Part shown: in pieces, positions 1-13,200 of the stretch
Layout: each line of letters starts with the position of its first letter
How positions within the stretch are numbered: the first letter of the stretch is position 1
Source: Octopus sinensis
Taxonomy: Eukaryota
Reading direction: 5' to 3'
Assembly: GCF_006345805.1 (NCBI RefSeq)
Contig: NC_043001.1
Location: forward strand, 94,984,001-95,048,000
Length of the DNA stretch: 64,000 nt
Notes under the pieces: generated by a model
Told to the model about the DNA's origin: nothing
The model's database searches: none
Seen by the model: only the letters and a program-made list of their open reading frames with translations
Made by a program: the position numbers and the translations under genes

Positions 1-138
1 TATTTCGCAGAAAACAGTATTTGGAAAATTAAAGTATAAAGAAATATTTAGTAGGCTGAAATGATACACGTTTAACGATGTCAAAATAATCAACTGTTGG
101 TATTAGACTCTGACGTAGAAGGTAAGAATAACACCCAC

Positions 139-192
139 TTTGCTAAATCTGGAATCGACACACAATTTGCTAAATCTGGAATCGACACACAA
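139..192. repeat. 27-bp tandem duplication (2 copies)
   Basis: TTTGCTAAATCTGGAATCGACACACAA at 139-165 and 166-192. Confidence 0.9.
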
Positions 193-303
193 TATGCTCA
201 ATTCAGGATATAACATATTCCAATATTTAATTAAAAGGAATACACACAGTTTGATTCCATTTGATCATAACTTGGTTGAATAGAGTTTATGTAGTCCTAA
301 ATA

Positions 304-858
304 TTGGGTTATCCGGAAAGTTCGTGCCGATTTATAGTAGCTTATATTTCGACTTAATTTAGAATATGGTTGGGTCCGTAAAATAGGATTTCACTACACC
401 TTCATTTAGAGCACAGTTTAAGTATCTTTTCGTGGAAAAAGGTTTATGTTCCTATAACCTGTGTTAATTCTTAAAATGGAAGATAAAAAAATCCATTTCC
501 GGCACTTCATACTTTGGGAACCAGACAAAAATTGCTTCAGCTCGGCTGGGATGTATTACCTCACACTCCATATTCACCAGATATTGCTCCTTCGGATTTC
601 CACTTATTCAGGTCTTTGCAGAATAGTCTTAATGGTAAAAATTTTAATTTCTTGGATGATGCAAAAGATACCTTGATGAATTCTTTGCCATGAAACTACC
701 TCAATTCTTGGAGGAGGATAATTCCAAATTAAAGAAAAGATGAAGACGCATAGTGCAACAAAATGGTTCATATTTGGTTGATTAAAAATATAATGGCAAT
801 TATATATTGACCTTTTTCTTTCCTTTAAAAATCGGCACGAACTTTCCGGACAACCCAA
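304..858 (+). mobile_element. Internally deleted mariner element (mellifera-subfamily-like), non-autonomous
   Basis: 30-bp TIRs (TTGGGTTATCCGGAAAGTTCGTGCCGATTT / AAATCGGCACGAACTTTCCGGACAACCCAA) flanked by TA on both sides. N-terminus MEDKKIHFRHFIL is fused to the C-terminal motif YSPDIAPSDFHLFRSLQNSL. Confidence 0.92.
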
Positions 859-2039
859 TATAAAGAGCAAAATTTGTTTTTCATACATATGTCATAGGAG
901 CCTAGATTATTCCTACAATCATATACTTTTGTCATGCGCCGGAGACAAAGCCTCTTCACAATTACAGCTACTGAATTTTATTCCAATAAAGATTATTCTA
1001 TTGGCTAAATCATATTACAGCTATTTTGATGAATACCTTATATTTTTGCTCCAATATTCTTCGAGTATTTCTCGTGATGACATTATCATATGATCATGCG
1101 GATAATATTAAAATCACACAGTGAAGATCATATACTCTTAATATATGTCTAGCCTTTAGATACGCCTGCTATAAAATCCAAGTCCATGACGCATGAAAAC
1201 TAGGGGTATTCTAATAGATACGAAGACCAATGTCATTTTGTTAAATCTGCAATTGACACACAATGTGATCAATTCATGATATATCATATTCGAATACTTA
1301 ATTAAGTTTTGCTCCTTTCCTATTTCTCCAGTCTTTTCATTTGGTACATAACACCAGTTAGAATGTTTGTTCTTAATATGTTCTATGGATCTTTTCTGTA
1401 TATGACTCAGAGTTTCCAACAATTATACCTAATGAAGCGATGATAAATCAGTATATGCCAGGCATGAGTAGGAGAAAATAAAACAAGCATTGTAGTTTTT
1501 TGAAATATAATAATAATGATAGTAAAGGAAGATGGTACTTTTAAAGAAACCAATATCTGTACAGATCGGTCCAAGAGTTGCTAACAGAGTGGCGCACAAA
1601 GAAAGTAGATACTTTTCTGCTAAGAAGAGCAAATCCAGAATCCTACAGCATCATAGACTGCTACGCTTATACACGCAACTCTATTTTATCTTGCAGAAAC
1701 TAACATTTACTGCAATGTCATATTTTGTATGTTGATGGATTTAATGTTGCCAAATTATGTTATAATTCTGACAGACAAAAGGCTGGATCATTGTGCAGTA
1801 GTGTATTGTTGCATTGATATTTAGGGATTTAATAGTGAGGAATTAGAAGATCCTTTATTAATATCTGCATGGAGTGAATAGTTAAAAGGGTAAAAAGGAA
1901 AAAAAACTATTTCACGTCGGTCATGAGTCAAAATGGGATTTCAAATATAAAGTCAACCTCAGAGGCACATTCCGAAAAAGGTTGTTTATGGATACCAGCC
2001 TTCCTTCTCTACGCCACCTCCATTACAGCTTCGCACTAG

Positions 2040-2150
2040 TGGCATAACAACTCATTTCTACAGCTGAAGAAAGAGAAACAACGTGAAATAAAGTGTCTTG
2101 CTCAAGAACAGATCTGAAACCTGGTCCGAGAATGAAAATTACTACATAAT
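2040..2150 (-). mobile_element. Degenerate SINE fragment related to 25980-26315
   Basis: CAACTCATTTCTACAGCTGA...AACGTGAAATAAAGTGTCTTGCTCAAGAACA is the reverse complement of the SINE core at about 26055-26120. Confidence 0.7.
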
Positions 2151-2590
2151 GATTTTGAGTCGGGCGCTGTGCCAGGTGAAAAGACATTTGACAATTCAGT
2201 ACGTGGCATGAGATATGTAGTGGCTGATAAACACCTTGCTTCGAATCCTGGGCAAATCAATATTAGCACACGTATAGCAGACGACAAACAACTCTAATAT
2301 TTCCCAAGCAGGAAATATAAAGTTCTTCAATAACTGTATTTGATATGGTAATAGCTGAAGATTACCCGAGATGAGAAATAATTTCTATGTATGTGAATTC
2401 AAATCTTTTCTCTGCATATTTACTTCAGATCTCTCCTTTTAACAGATCTCTCTTATGAGACAAATATACCGAAATAAAGTATCGTACTTTATTATTTGCT
2501 GGTGAAGCATTTCCCCAAGCTCTATGTACATGTGCAGCTATAGAACTTAAAATCTGCATTTCAAAAAGAAACTGCAATTAATTTGGAAAC

Positions 2591-2664
2591 ACGCTTATCC
2601 GAACATGTAGCTGTCACATATTTACATACGCTTATCCGAACATGTAGCTGTCACATATTTACAT
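2591..2664. repeat. 37-bp perfect tandem duplication
   Basis: ACGCTTATCCGAACATGTAGCTGTCACATATTTACAT twice, followed by a GGAT/GATA microsatellite. Confidence 0.9.
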
Positions 2665-3499
2665 ATATGGATGGACGGATGGATGGAAAGATGGATGGAT
2701 GGATAGATAGATAGATGATAGATATGTGAATAAAGATGTGTGTGTGTAATTTCTCCCGAGGTACCAAAAATTCGAGACAATATTTCTTAGAATTTAATGG
2801 CCTCACATTTGTGTTTTTTTTCAGCACAAGGTAGGCATTCATATACCAACTCGATATCTACAGAGTCTAAAGGGAGGAAAAAACGACCGTTTGTGATTCG
2901 AATTTAGAAATACTATGATTCGTAATTTTAGAAAAAAAGCATATTTCTAGCCATAGTGAATAACAAACCTTTGATGTTTATCGGTGGGCTTAAGATATTA
3001 AGAAACAAAGATTGCAAGTTTACAAATGACAAAATCTATAAAATGAAGAGCAAAAATGAAATAAACATTTTAAAACCATAAAAAAGATATGTTATACAAA
3101 ATATTAGATATAATGTAGACAATTCTATTAAGGGTACCATAATACTTCTATGCTGGGAACAACGTAAAAACAGGTGAAGGAAATAGCGCATACATTCAAG
3201 GCAATAATTACGGAAGAAGAAAGGAAAATAGAAAGATAGAAATACAGAAGTAACGAAACCATTGAAGAGTAAGTGAAGGAAAGAAAAGAAGAAAAGTAAC
3301 TCGGTACGTAACGAAGAAATAATAAAGGAAAGAGAACAAAGTTATAGGGGAATAAATGAGCGAAGAAACACCTGAGTGAAGCGACAATGAAAAAGAATGA
3401 ATTATAAAAAAATGCATTGAAGAGAATAAGTAAATATAAATCCTTATTCTTTAGGAGAACCTTTGCCAAGTCAAGAGTTTTCTCTTTTTCTTGTCCCAA

Positions 3500-3730
3500 T
3501 TCTCAGGGTCAATAAATTAAGTACCATCTACGCGCTAGGGTCGATATAATCGACATAAACCGTTTGTCTCTCCCTCTTTGTCTCCTCTGTGTTTAGCTCA
3601 TTGTGGGTAGTAAAGAAATAGGTATTTCGTCTGTCTGTGTCTTCTGAGTTCAAATTAAGCTGAGGTCGACTTTGCCTTTTGTCCTTTCAGGGTCGATAAA
3701 TTAAGTACCACATGCGTTCTGGGTCGATTG
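3500..3730 (+). mobile_element. SINE-derived fragments (two tandem partial units)
   Basis: Repeated GGGTCGATAAATTAAGTACCA..GGGTCGAT and TCGACTTTGCCTTT motifs. Related decayed pieces lie on the minus strand near 7950-8130, 8280-8400 and 32300-32435. Confidence 0.6.
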
Positions 3731-5259
3731 GGAGGGGACCCTGTACCTAGTGTAAAACACAATATATGTATGCTTATGTATGTATCTACATAATGATTTC
3801 ATATTTATATTTACCCATTTATGTAATATGAAAATCATTTAAGTTATACACGACAATACTTATGTTTATGAATGTCAGAATATAGTTATTCACTTGTAGC
3901 AAATACAAGTTCTGTTTCAGCAATAAATATAGAAACAATTAAACATGAAGTAGGAAAATATTTATAAATCTACTTACACCAATTCACTTACGAAAGGGAC
4001 GAATCTTAATTTGATACTATAATAAAAAATGAATTTATTTCATCAATTATATTCTTTGAAGAGTAGTGTATGTGTAAAATTGTTAATTAATATTTGAAAG
4101 AATACTTACTTTGTAATAAACTTATTGCGCTACTTGAATTGTCTCCTTACATATATTTCGATATGATACAAGCATAAACTTGTGGCTTCTTCACTTAAGT
4201 ATTTTTCGAAATAAATTTACTATGCCATTCTCTAACAGTTTGAATGTATTCCGATTTAGTCATCATCATGCATGTTATTTAAAATCCACATGCACTAGTT
4301 ACTTTTCTATATTAAGCGCAAGTGCTTTCCCAAAATCTCTGATTAATTGAAAATTCATTTGTCAAAATTATTCCATCATACGTATATCCGTCGCATGATA
4401 TATTCTTTGAAAGTCAAACATGTCTATATATTAATCAAAGAATATTTGAAATGCTAGCTGGATTTTCTATGTAATTCATTGGTAAAATATATTAGCGACA
4501 TGTCAATATATATATATCGAGAGGTAATATTTGTCTCCTCTTAAACGATGTTGCTCTCTTAGAACATACATTACTACAGCAGTTACTACGAGAGAAACTC
4601 TCTCACTGGCTTTTTGGCAAACGTCCACGTGTTTAAATTTCTTAAGCGTTGGAGATTCAAATCGCTAAAAAATAGTGAAAAGTGAAGATTTATCCATCAC
4701 TACTTCTAGTGCTGACACCACCAGATCATGTGATCTCGACGTTGTTTTATCATGTCAATGATGGACACTCGATCTCAAGAGACAGCAGTGATTCATCTCA
4801 ATGCCAGCGATGAATAGATTCACAGTGTCAGGACAGGCGCTGGTGTTGTCATTAGCTACTTATCTTAAGTAGAGCAGACATATGTCCTCCACACAGCGGT
4901 ATAAATATGAGTGCATTTTGCACCAAAGGAAAGAAGACGCGTGTTTCTCTCATGGTAACGGTAAAATTTACATCCAAGTACGACTAAATAAATACTTCCC
5001 TGAGATTTATTCATATTTGAAGCACGACATTTTGATAAGCATGAGATAATAAAGGAAGACTTACGATGTAAGAGGCGGGCTGTAAAATACAACAAAAATA
5101 ACAATATGTCAATATAAAAGAACGCCACATGAAAGTATGAATACATGAATTACATGAGAGTTTGCGGTTGTTTGTGTGTGTATGTATGTGTTTGTGTGTG
5201 TGTGTGTCTCTCTCTGTTTGTGTGTGTGTTTATGTACGATTGCGTGCGCGGATGTGTGT

Positions 5260-5380
5260 AATTATTGTCAGTTTGTTTCTTGTTAACACAACGTTTCGGT
5301 AGACATGCGCTCCAGGCTTCATCAGGTGTTCTAGGGAAATTTGGAACCTGGGTTCTAATTTCTAAGGTTTTTTCGACGTT

Positions 5381-5381
<1 letters not shown>
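5260..5381 (-). mobile_element. Penelope-like terminal repeat unit with hammerhead motif (copy A)
   Basis: Inverted homologue of 7130-7260. Minus strand reads AACAC-CTGATGA-...-GAAAC-GTT-GTGTT. Confidence 0.7.
5285..5330 (-). ncRNA. Minimal type I hammerhead ribozyme motif (core intact, stem II decayed)
   Basis: Stem I AACAC/GTGTT, CUGAUGA and GAAA boxes, loopless palindromic stem III (AACGTT), GUU triplet. Confidence 0.6.
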
Positions 5382-5820
<439 letters not shown>

Positions 5821-6301
5821 GTCTTTGCACAGCCTCTAACGCTGGAAATGTATTACAGTGTCTGCTGATCACTACCAATGAACTAAGGTAACATTTCATA
5901 TTTTTCGAGCGCCGTCCGGAGAGCGGTGCTGCTTTCTACAAGTGCTCCACCCTTATGGCAACCACTATTTGTTCCATATACATCCAAGATTTTTATTCAC
6001 TGTTCCTAGGTCTCCGACAATTATTGGTAACATGTCATATCAATCGACATTTCTTTCTTCTTTATTGCATATCTTGTTGTCAGCTGGGCATACTATATCT
6101 CTGATCCAGCATAGTTTGGTTTCTTTCTAAATTAAGACTATGTCTGGTTTCCTATTATGTATCTCATAGACGCATTGGATAATAAAATCCCACAGGATCT
6201 TTGCAATATCGTTTTCGAGTTCTGGTGGTACCAATATTTTGCTCCGTCAAGTCCATTCATGTTGAAAAGTGTCCAATGGAGAGACTTGATACAATTGTCG
6301 G
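5821..6301 (-). mobile_element. Decayed 3' end of a Dong/R4-type LINE (RLE domain plus 3' UTR)
   Basis: Minus-strand remnants SDNCIKSLHW..KYWYHQ, ETKLCWIRDIVCPADNKI and LPIIVGDLGTV match R4 RLE motifs. Ends in (AAT)n on its own strand. Confidence 0.75.
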
Positions 6302-6320
6302 AATAATAATAATAATAATG

Positions 6321-6392
<72 letters not shown>

Positions 6393-6395
<3 letters not shown>

Positions 6396-7023
6396 CCCTG
6401 ATGCAGTACCATGCCCTGATGCAGTACCATGCCCTGATGCAGTACCATGCCCTGATGCAGTAATAATGCCCTGATGCAATACCAGGCAGTGGCTCTCATG
6501 GCTTCTGATCTTAACTAATTGGAAGTGTTATCATCTACATTGTTTTGTCTTGGTATAAAAGATGGGCTACAGCAAATATTCTGCTCAATACCACAGATTT
6601 GCTTGTCAGTTGTTTGACCTTAACCAGTTGAACATGTCCCTTAGTGGCTGACGATATGTGCATCTCTGATCACGAGCAGAAGTAGCGGGGGAGCATCATA
6701 GACATGTGTTGAGAGGGATTCTTTGGGGTTTGAATAGTTCACCTCTGGAAACATGGGTGGTTCTTTCAACATCCTTAAACAACGCTTATTTAGGGACCTT
6801 TTGAGCGGGATGGTGCTACTCAACCTGAAGAAAATTCTAACTGGGCCCCACCTGCAAGGTCATGTGCTGTTTATCATGATATGAGATCACCATGTCGCGC
6901 ACATATGGTTGTGATGCATGTGCCTGGTGTACCTTTATCAGACGGGTAGTCATAATGGGTATATTGGGCTTCGTATATTTTACCCCAGTGTCACTTTGAT
7001 GGCATGCACTGCTCTCTCACTCA
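6393..7023. mobile_element. ~630-bp non-coding interspersed element embedded in (AAT)n (copy 1)
   Basis: Highly similar to 61223-61659, flanked by (AAT)n on both sides, same right end CTCTCTCACTC. The left-end 18-mer is repeated about 5 times. Confidence 0.85.
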
Positions 7024-7129
7024 ATAATAATAATAATAATAATAACAACAACAACAACGAAAACAATAATAATAATAATAAAATTAATAATAATAGTAAT
7101 AATCATAATCATAATAATAATAGCAACAA

Positions 7130-7260
7130 CATCGTAAAAATACCTTAGGAATGTAAGGTCTTTCCCCAAGACACCTCATAAACGCTGGAGTGTATACCAG
7201 CCGAAACGTTGTGTTAACAACAATCAATATGAGGACAATTATTCGCCAAATGTAAATGAT
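7130..7260 (+). mobile_element. Penelope-like terminal repeat unit with hammerhead motif (copy B)
   Basis: GACAC-CTCATAA-AC-GCTGG-AGTGTATA-CCAGC-C-GAAAC-GTT-GTGTT at 7170-7215. Stem II is intact and the core is mutated. Confidence 0.65.
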
Positions 7261-7469
7261 ATAAATACTGTACATTTCTGAACATATTGAAACAGAAACA
7301 AATGGTATGCAGAAGAGAGAATCAATGAGAAAAAGAAATATGTTTACAGGTATTAAACTCATAGTTTTATAGTTCTCGGGTAAAATGGCGTTGTAGAATG
7401 TAACTTTCGAATGTAGAGAGGTAGAACAATTATCCGAAATGATTATATTCGACAATTCAGTGTCCTGAT

Positions 7470-7819
7470 GTTCGTACAGAACCAAAGTTATATTTTGCTG
7501 AACTCATTTCCATACAAGGAAAAAAAACTTCAAATCGGACCATGTTAGAACAAAAAATAACTTACATCAAAAAGGTGCTTTTTTTTCTATGAAAATCCCT
7601 ATTTTGTACAAATTCTTGACTGCTGTGTCGCCATTTTTCGATATATTTCAACCAGAAAAATGTTAATTTAAAGAGAATAACAAGTTACCTAATGCAAAAG
7701 TTTTACATTTCAAAAAAGATTGAAACTATGCCAAACCTTGGTTAACGCGACATCAAAGTCTGCCGTTTTAAGTGCAACTAAGAAACAAACCCGAGCAACG
7801 CCTGGCTATACTGCTAGTA
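7470..7819 (-). mobile_element. Helitron/Helentron-like non-autonomous element fragment
   Basis: Minus-strand end TACTAGCAGTATAGCCAGGCGTTGCTCGGGTTT with a subterminal stem. Same terminal motif as 26316. Left boundary uncertain. Confidence 0.5.
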
Positions 7820-8549
7820 TTATATATAAAAAAAGAAATACTCACATTAAGCTGTTATCGCTGTAAGAAAAACAATGAAATTCCAGTATCAAATATAGTT
7901 GTATATCACATAATAATAATTTTTCTTAAAGTCACATCGCCTCTAAGGTTGGGGGAGGGACTAGTCATTTACATCGGCCTCTACTCCTCTGGTAGTTGTT
8001 TAATCGACAAAGAGAGAATAAAAAGTCAAATTCCATCTCTGGGGAATTTTAACCCGGAATGTTAAGACGAACGAAATGTCGTTAAGCAATTTGTCCTTCG
8101 CAGTAACGATTCAGCCTGCTCATCGACGTATGTAACAAATTTATCGTAAATAATATGACACTATACTTACAGTAAGAAAAGCCTACAGTAATGGCAATAA
8201 TTCTAATGCGAGAGAGATTAAGAATAATAACATAGCAGTGTCAATGATATTCTAATCCTTTCTGCCTGAAATTTTGGGAGAGGTGTCTAGTCAATTTCAT
8301 TGACCCTAATACTATACTGGTACTTATTTTATTAAATTCGAAAGGATGAATGGAAAGTCGACCACCGTAGAATGTAAACTGAGGTAGTAGAGCCGGACGG
8401 AATACCACTAACCTAAAATTACGTTTTGTGAACGAGTAATAGTTCACAAAAGGCGATACATGTGGTTTATATAAAAGAGCATATAAAAGCAGAGAAGCAA
8501 CAACCGTATATATGAACAATGAATAATTTGCCAAACCAAAACGAGACAT

Positions 8550-10250
8550 ACTCATGGCTATCCGAAACAAGCCTAGAAAACCGCGGTGACACCGGCTACT
8601 CGGGCAAGTGTCCTTACTTCATACTTATGTTACAATCCTCGTAACAGGCCCAAACCTTCGGACTATATTTTCAACATAAACACACGTTTCAACAAATTTG
8701 TAGATGTCACCTCTTAATGTTCCATGCTCAATTTTCCATTTGAAATGGTAATTTGATACATTCATGAGATCTTGCCAAAATCTGTCCCTCGTCAGGAGTA
8801 TTAATTTGGTACATTAGACCCCGTTTTCGCCATTATACCGATAATCACATCCTGTCTTTTCGAGCCAAAGGAAGGCTGCTAAACAATCTTGCCGAAGGAC
8901 GCAACCGATAACCGGATCCGTTCTACACGGGACAGGTGTTCGACATAAATCTATAAGGCATCACGAGTACAAAACAAATTCGTCTTTCTGCTTAAATATC
9001 TGGCAAATCCGTTTGACGGTCGGTACGTCTACCAGGACATTGATTTCTGGAAATTATACATCGGCGTTAAGCTAAAATTCCACCAGAAGGGACCAGCTAG
9101 CTAATTCTCGTCGGCCCCCGGGTCCTCCTCCACAACATTGTCGTTCTTGCCCGCCACTAAACATCTATAAAACACCAAAATGGAACTTATAATATCCGTA
9201 TTGCCCGACTGTTAAACGACTGTATGCATTTGGTAACGGGCCCCAAACAGCAGTCTAGACTTGATCCAAAATTGCAAATAAAGAGGAAAAGCTAGGGAAA
9301 AGTGAGTGTAACAAATAGCGAAGGCATACCCGGTCTTCTATTTAGCGTATGTTGATAATAAATATAGATTCTCAGAAGTGAAAGGTGATATTTCCACAGA
9401 ATTAAGAGAAATAGTCACTTCAACTCGTTCAAAATTAGCCAAAGGGGAGTATCGAGATCAACAAAACAGATTGCAATTTGTGCTATGTGTAGAAGGTGAC
9501 GGTAAAAGTGGAAGAATCTACCTATGATATCCTTATCTACTTGTCTGCCAATTATTTTATCTTCAGACTACTTAGGTAGCCCGATCAAGTTGTCACCATC
9601 GACGTCGTCACATTCAAGAAATCAAGTCGGTACTTGTCAGAGACCTGAGGAGGTTGACTGAACCTATGCTGTTTTTGCAATTCCTTCATTATCAGCTAAC
9701 TATACCCAAACGTACCCATCGTCCCAGGGTATTTTCAGATGTCTGAAGAAAGTCGGCTGCCCCACTCACGTCAAAGCATAAACAGGTACTAGATTGCTGG
9801 AACCCTCTCCGTTACTGCTCAAATCCAGAAAAAACTGCCTACCTCTTGTGGGCAAGAAATTGATCTGTTCCATGAGATCTATACTTTCCAACATTCAGCG
9901 CCTCTTCTCAATCCCTGCAGACATGATGATATGGAGATCTTGCATCTGCTGCATACTGGCAGGAGGGCTTGTAAGTGCAATCAGATAGCTCTCTGGTAGC
10001 CATAATATCTATAGGTAGAGATTTGGGGCATTGAGCTTCCAAATCGACCTCGGGCCACGGGTACTGACAAAGATTAATAACAAAATGGACATGCATATTA
10101 AGAGAGGAGGAGACAAGAAAAATTTTATTACCGTCTTCGGAGGAGCAGGTGTTTCCTCTCTTTGGCTATATGTGTATCTCTCCTTTAGTACTTATTTACA
10201 TATTTTGTTTTTGCTCGCATGGGACTCTTTCAATTCCCAGGGATATTCTA
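8550..10250 (-). pseudogene. Highly decayed LINE remnant, probably L1/Tx1-like
   Basis: Relatively GC-rich island with coding-like composition and many stops and frameshifts. Only faint resemblance to endonuclease/RT segments; no intact motif read. Confidence 0.4.
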
Positions 10251-13200
10251 TTTGCAGTTTGTTGCGCGTTACATTCTTAGTTAATATAATCTATATATGT
10301 TTACGGGTGTTAAGTGTAGGTCGGATTTGGTTCAATTAGATAATTTTGCTTATTATTTGCCATCCTTCATTAAGTCTCTGTTTATTGCTATTATTATATC
10401 TTCGGTTTCATCTTTGCGTGATCATGAGCGCAACACTACTTAATCTCCTCCAATTGTTATACTGTTCAAGTATGAAGCTTGAAATGGGTCACATATAATG
10501 GCTGACGTTGTAGGTATATGCATGTCTTCGGAGATTCTAGCAAGTTCCGCATTTGTCTCGGATTTATTGTGAGTAAAAACATTAATTCAGTGCGGCTCTT
10601 CTAAAATTTATCAAGGTTACGAAATGTACAATTATAGCGAAAAGTACGATTATATACAAATCATTTTGAAATCTACAAAAGGTATCAGCAAATTGTTGAA
10701 TCATATACTACAATATTTGATTTTCTTGTGGCGGACGTTCCTAGGCGAGAAGTGGGATGGTCCACATCTACTAACTAGTGGACTTACACAGACAGTAGGG
10801 AAGTCGGTCTATCTATTCGACATGTTAATGTTCCTTCTTCTTTATTTAATCCCTGTAATCAATGTCTTTTTTCAAATATATAGGAAAATGTATTGAAATA
10901 TCTAACCTGATTCGAATTGTCTTCTGCGTGTCAAAAGGATCACTAAAGACTTCGTGAAAACATTTGAATGTTTTCCCAATTGTAACTTGTTCTGAGTATT
11001 TGAAGTCGTAAATCGGAAAAAATAGTAGAATCTTCATATACCTGTAGAAACATTATGGAAATTAATATTAATCTTCTTATACCACATTCCTTTTGCAATT
11101 CCCCCCCCTCCCTATCGACTAATAAATACTACTGAATAGGCAAAAAGCCAGTTTAATCCGATGGCCGAAGCTAAAACTTCCCTCGAGGAGCTACATGAAA
11201 TATATGCTGGAGAAAACGGGAGACTTTATACGATTAACGTTGACTATGAATTGTTTTTGAGAGTGGAAACACAATATAATATGAATGTGAAAATGTTGGT
11301 TAAAAAACCGGCAATAATACTCTGTATAACAAGGCTATATCAAGAATTGAATTAGATCTGCTATAAATATTTAAAACATATGCGAAATTTGTTCTACATC
11401 GCCCAAATTGAACTGAATATGTCGACATAGAGCAGATACGTTTCATTTTACATTTATTCTTACGCCATACTTGTTACCAGATAAAACGTCGGAAAAATTA
11501 AAACAAATATATATGAAATATGTATGACTTAGTCCAACCGGTCCTAATGATCTCGAATTCAAACATTGAGAAGCAATACAAAATGTTGTTTATAGTTTAG
11601 GATGCCAGGATACTACATATATTTAAAGAAAAAGACTAAGTGAAGATTGACCAACATGGACTAGCCATTTTATGTTTGATCAGAGAATTAATATTAGAGA
11701 AAAAAATAACAATGTTCAGAATAAATGCATTTTCTTATTCATATTATTGTGTAACCATTTTGCAAGGAATTGTTTCGCAGAATAAAATATAGTTTCAGAT
11801 TCAATCAATTCGAAATAGCAGATGTTTATTCTTTGACAACTCAAATTCTATTAATGGAGTAGTTTGGATTTTGTAGCATCTCGTCCACCTTTACGCTCTG
11901 ACTTGAAATTCTGTCGACATTGAATACGCATTTCATACTTGCCGGTTGCCAGTAAAACACTGGGGTCGATGTAATCGGATTACCTCCTCTCACACACATT
12001 GACAGCCACCAAATTTCAAATGAATACATAGATTAATTAATTCATTCATTCCAAAGACAGGCATTTACATTTTTGTTAGAAACCTGCTCCTTCCTCAAAG
12101 GCAGTGTTTAAGAAGCGACAAAAAGAACAGAACATATATACAAGCATTGAATATAAGAAAAAATATGTGTGTGTGTTTGTGTGAGTGAGTGTGTGTGTGT
12201 ATGTTTGTGTATGTATGCATATATTCCTATATAGTTAAGAATACATACTGCAGACACAAACACATGCATACATAAACTCACATGCAGTCAGACAATAATG
12301 TCATAAACACTCATCATGTAAATATAAAATAAAATTAAAACTCCACCTACGGTTCGTCCCAAAACTTGTCCATGGATTGAATCATTATCGAACGAGTATA
12401 TAGCAATTTCGCCTTGAAGAGCTTATTGCCGGAACATGTACTCAAACTTAAAAAGTAAAAAGAGATAATGTAATGAATATCTTGGAATAATATTTTGTAT
12501 GAAAGATATAAATTCATACAAATTTTAACGTTCATTTTCTATCCTAATCTGCGTGATATTCAGCATACAACAGTGCGATAATGCCTTAAATATATTTTGA
12601 CAATACAAATGTCAAGACGTAAAAACAAATAGAGTGGTAACAATCTCTCGTCAGGCAGGAAGATCTGCAACTAAATCCTGATTCCTGAGTGCGCTACTAC
12701 TGATATAATCCATATTGAAATCGGAGATTCGTTCATCCCCTGTGCAGTATTTTTCATTCCGTCTGGCCTGGCAAATTGAGCAATCATGGTTCCCACTTTG
12801 CCAGAATAGACAGATATAGGAACCTGCTCTTTACAAGTAAACCTTAGCTAGGACAACACACATACATGCATACAAATATACGCACACACATAATAGCAAC
12901 AAGTGTTAAATATAACTGATCCTCATCTAAAAGACAACACACTTCTATGTGCTTAGGAAAATTACAACCGTATTCTTAATGTTGTATGGTTTCCACTAGT
13001 ATTCCTTTCAATGTAAAAATAAATGAATATTATTTCTTGGACTTTGTTAATGTATAGCTTACATGTAATTAAACACAACGCACCCTGCCATCTTTAATAA
13101 TTATACTGCTTCTTTATAAAAAGGAACCGTTAACTTTAAAACTCGCGTCACTAACGTATATCTATAATATCGCTTAAATTTTTTAGCCTAGCATTTATGT

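Noticed and set aside
950-1735. Moderately complex ORFs (1156-1422, 1532-1735) as host exons
   Set aside because: No recognisable domain or supported splice structure.
6393-6483. CRISPR-like or coding (GTASGH)n repeat; CTGATG as a hammerhead core
   Set aside because: No spacers and a eukaryotic context. The motif is CTGATGC with no downstream stem II or GAAA.
10350-11050. Possible ancient L1-like remnant on the minus strand (IGKTFKCFHEVF)
   Set aside because: A single loose motif; too weak to call.
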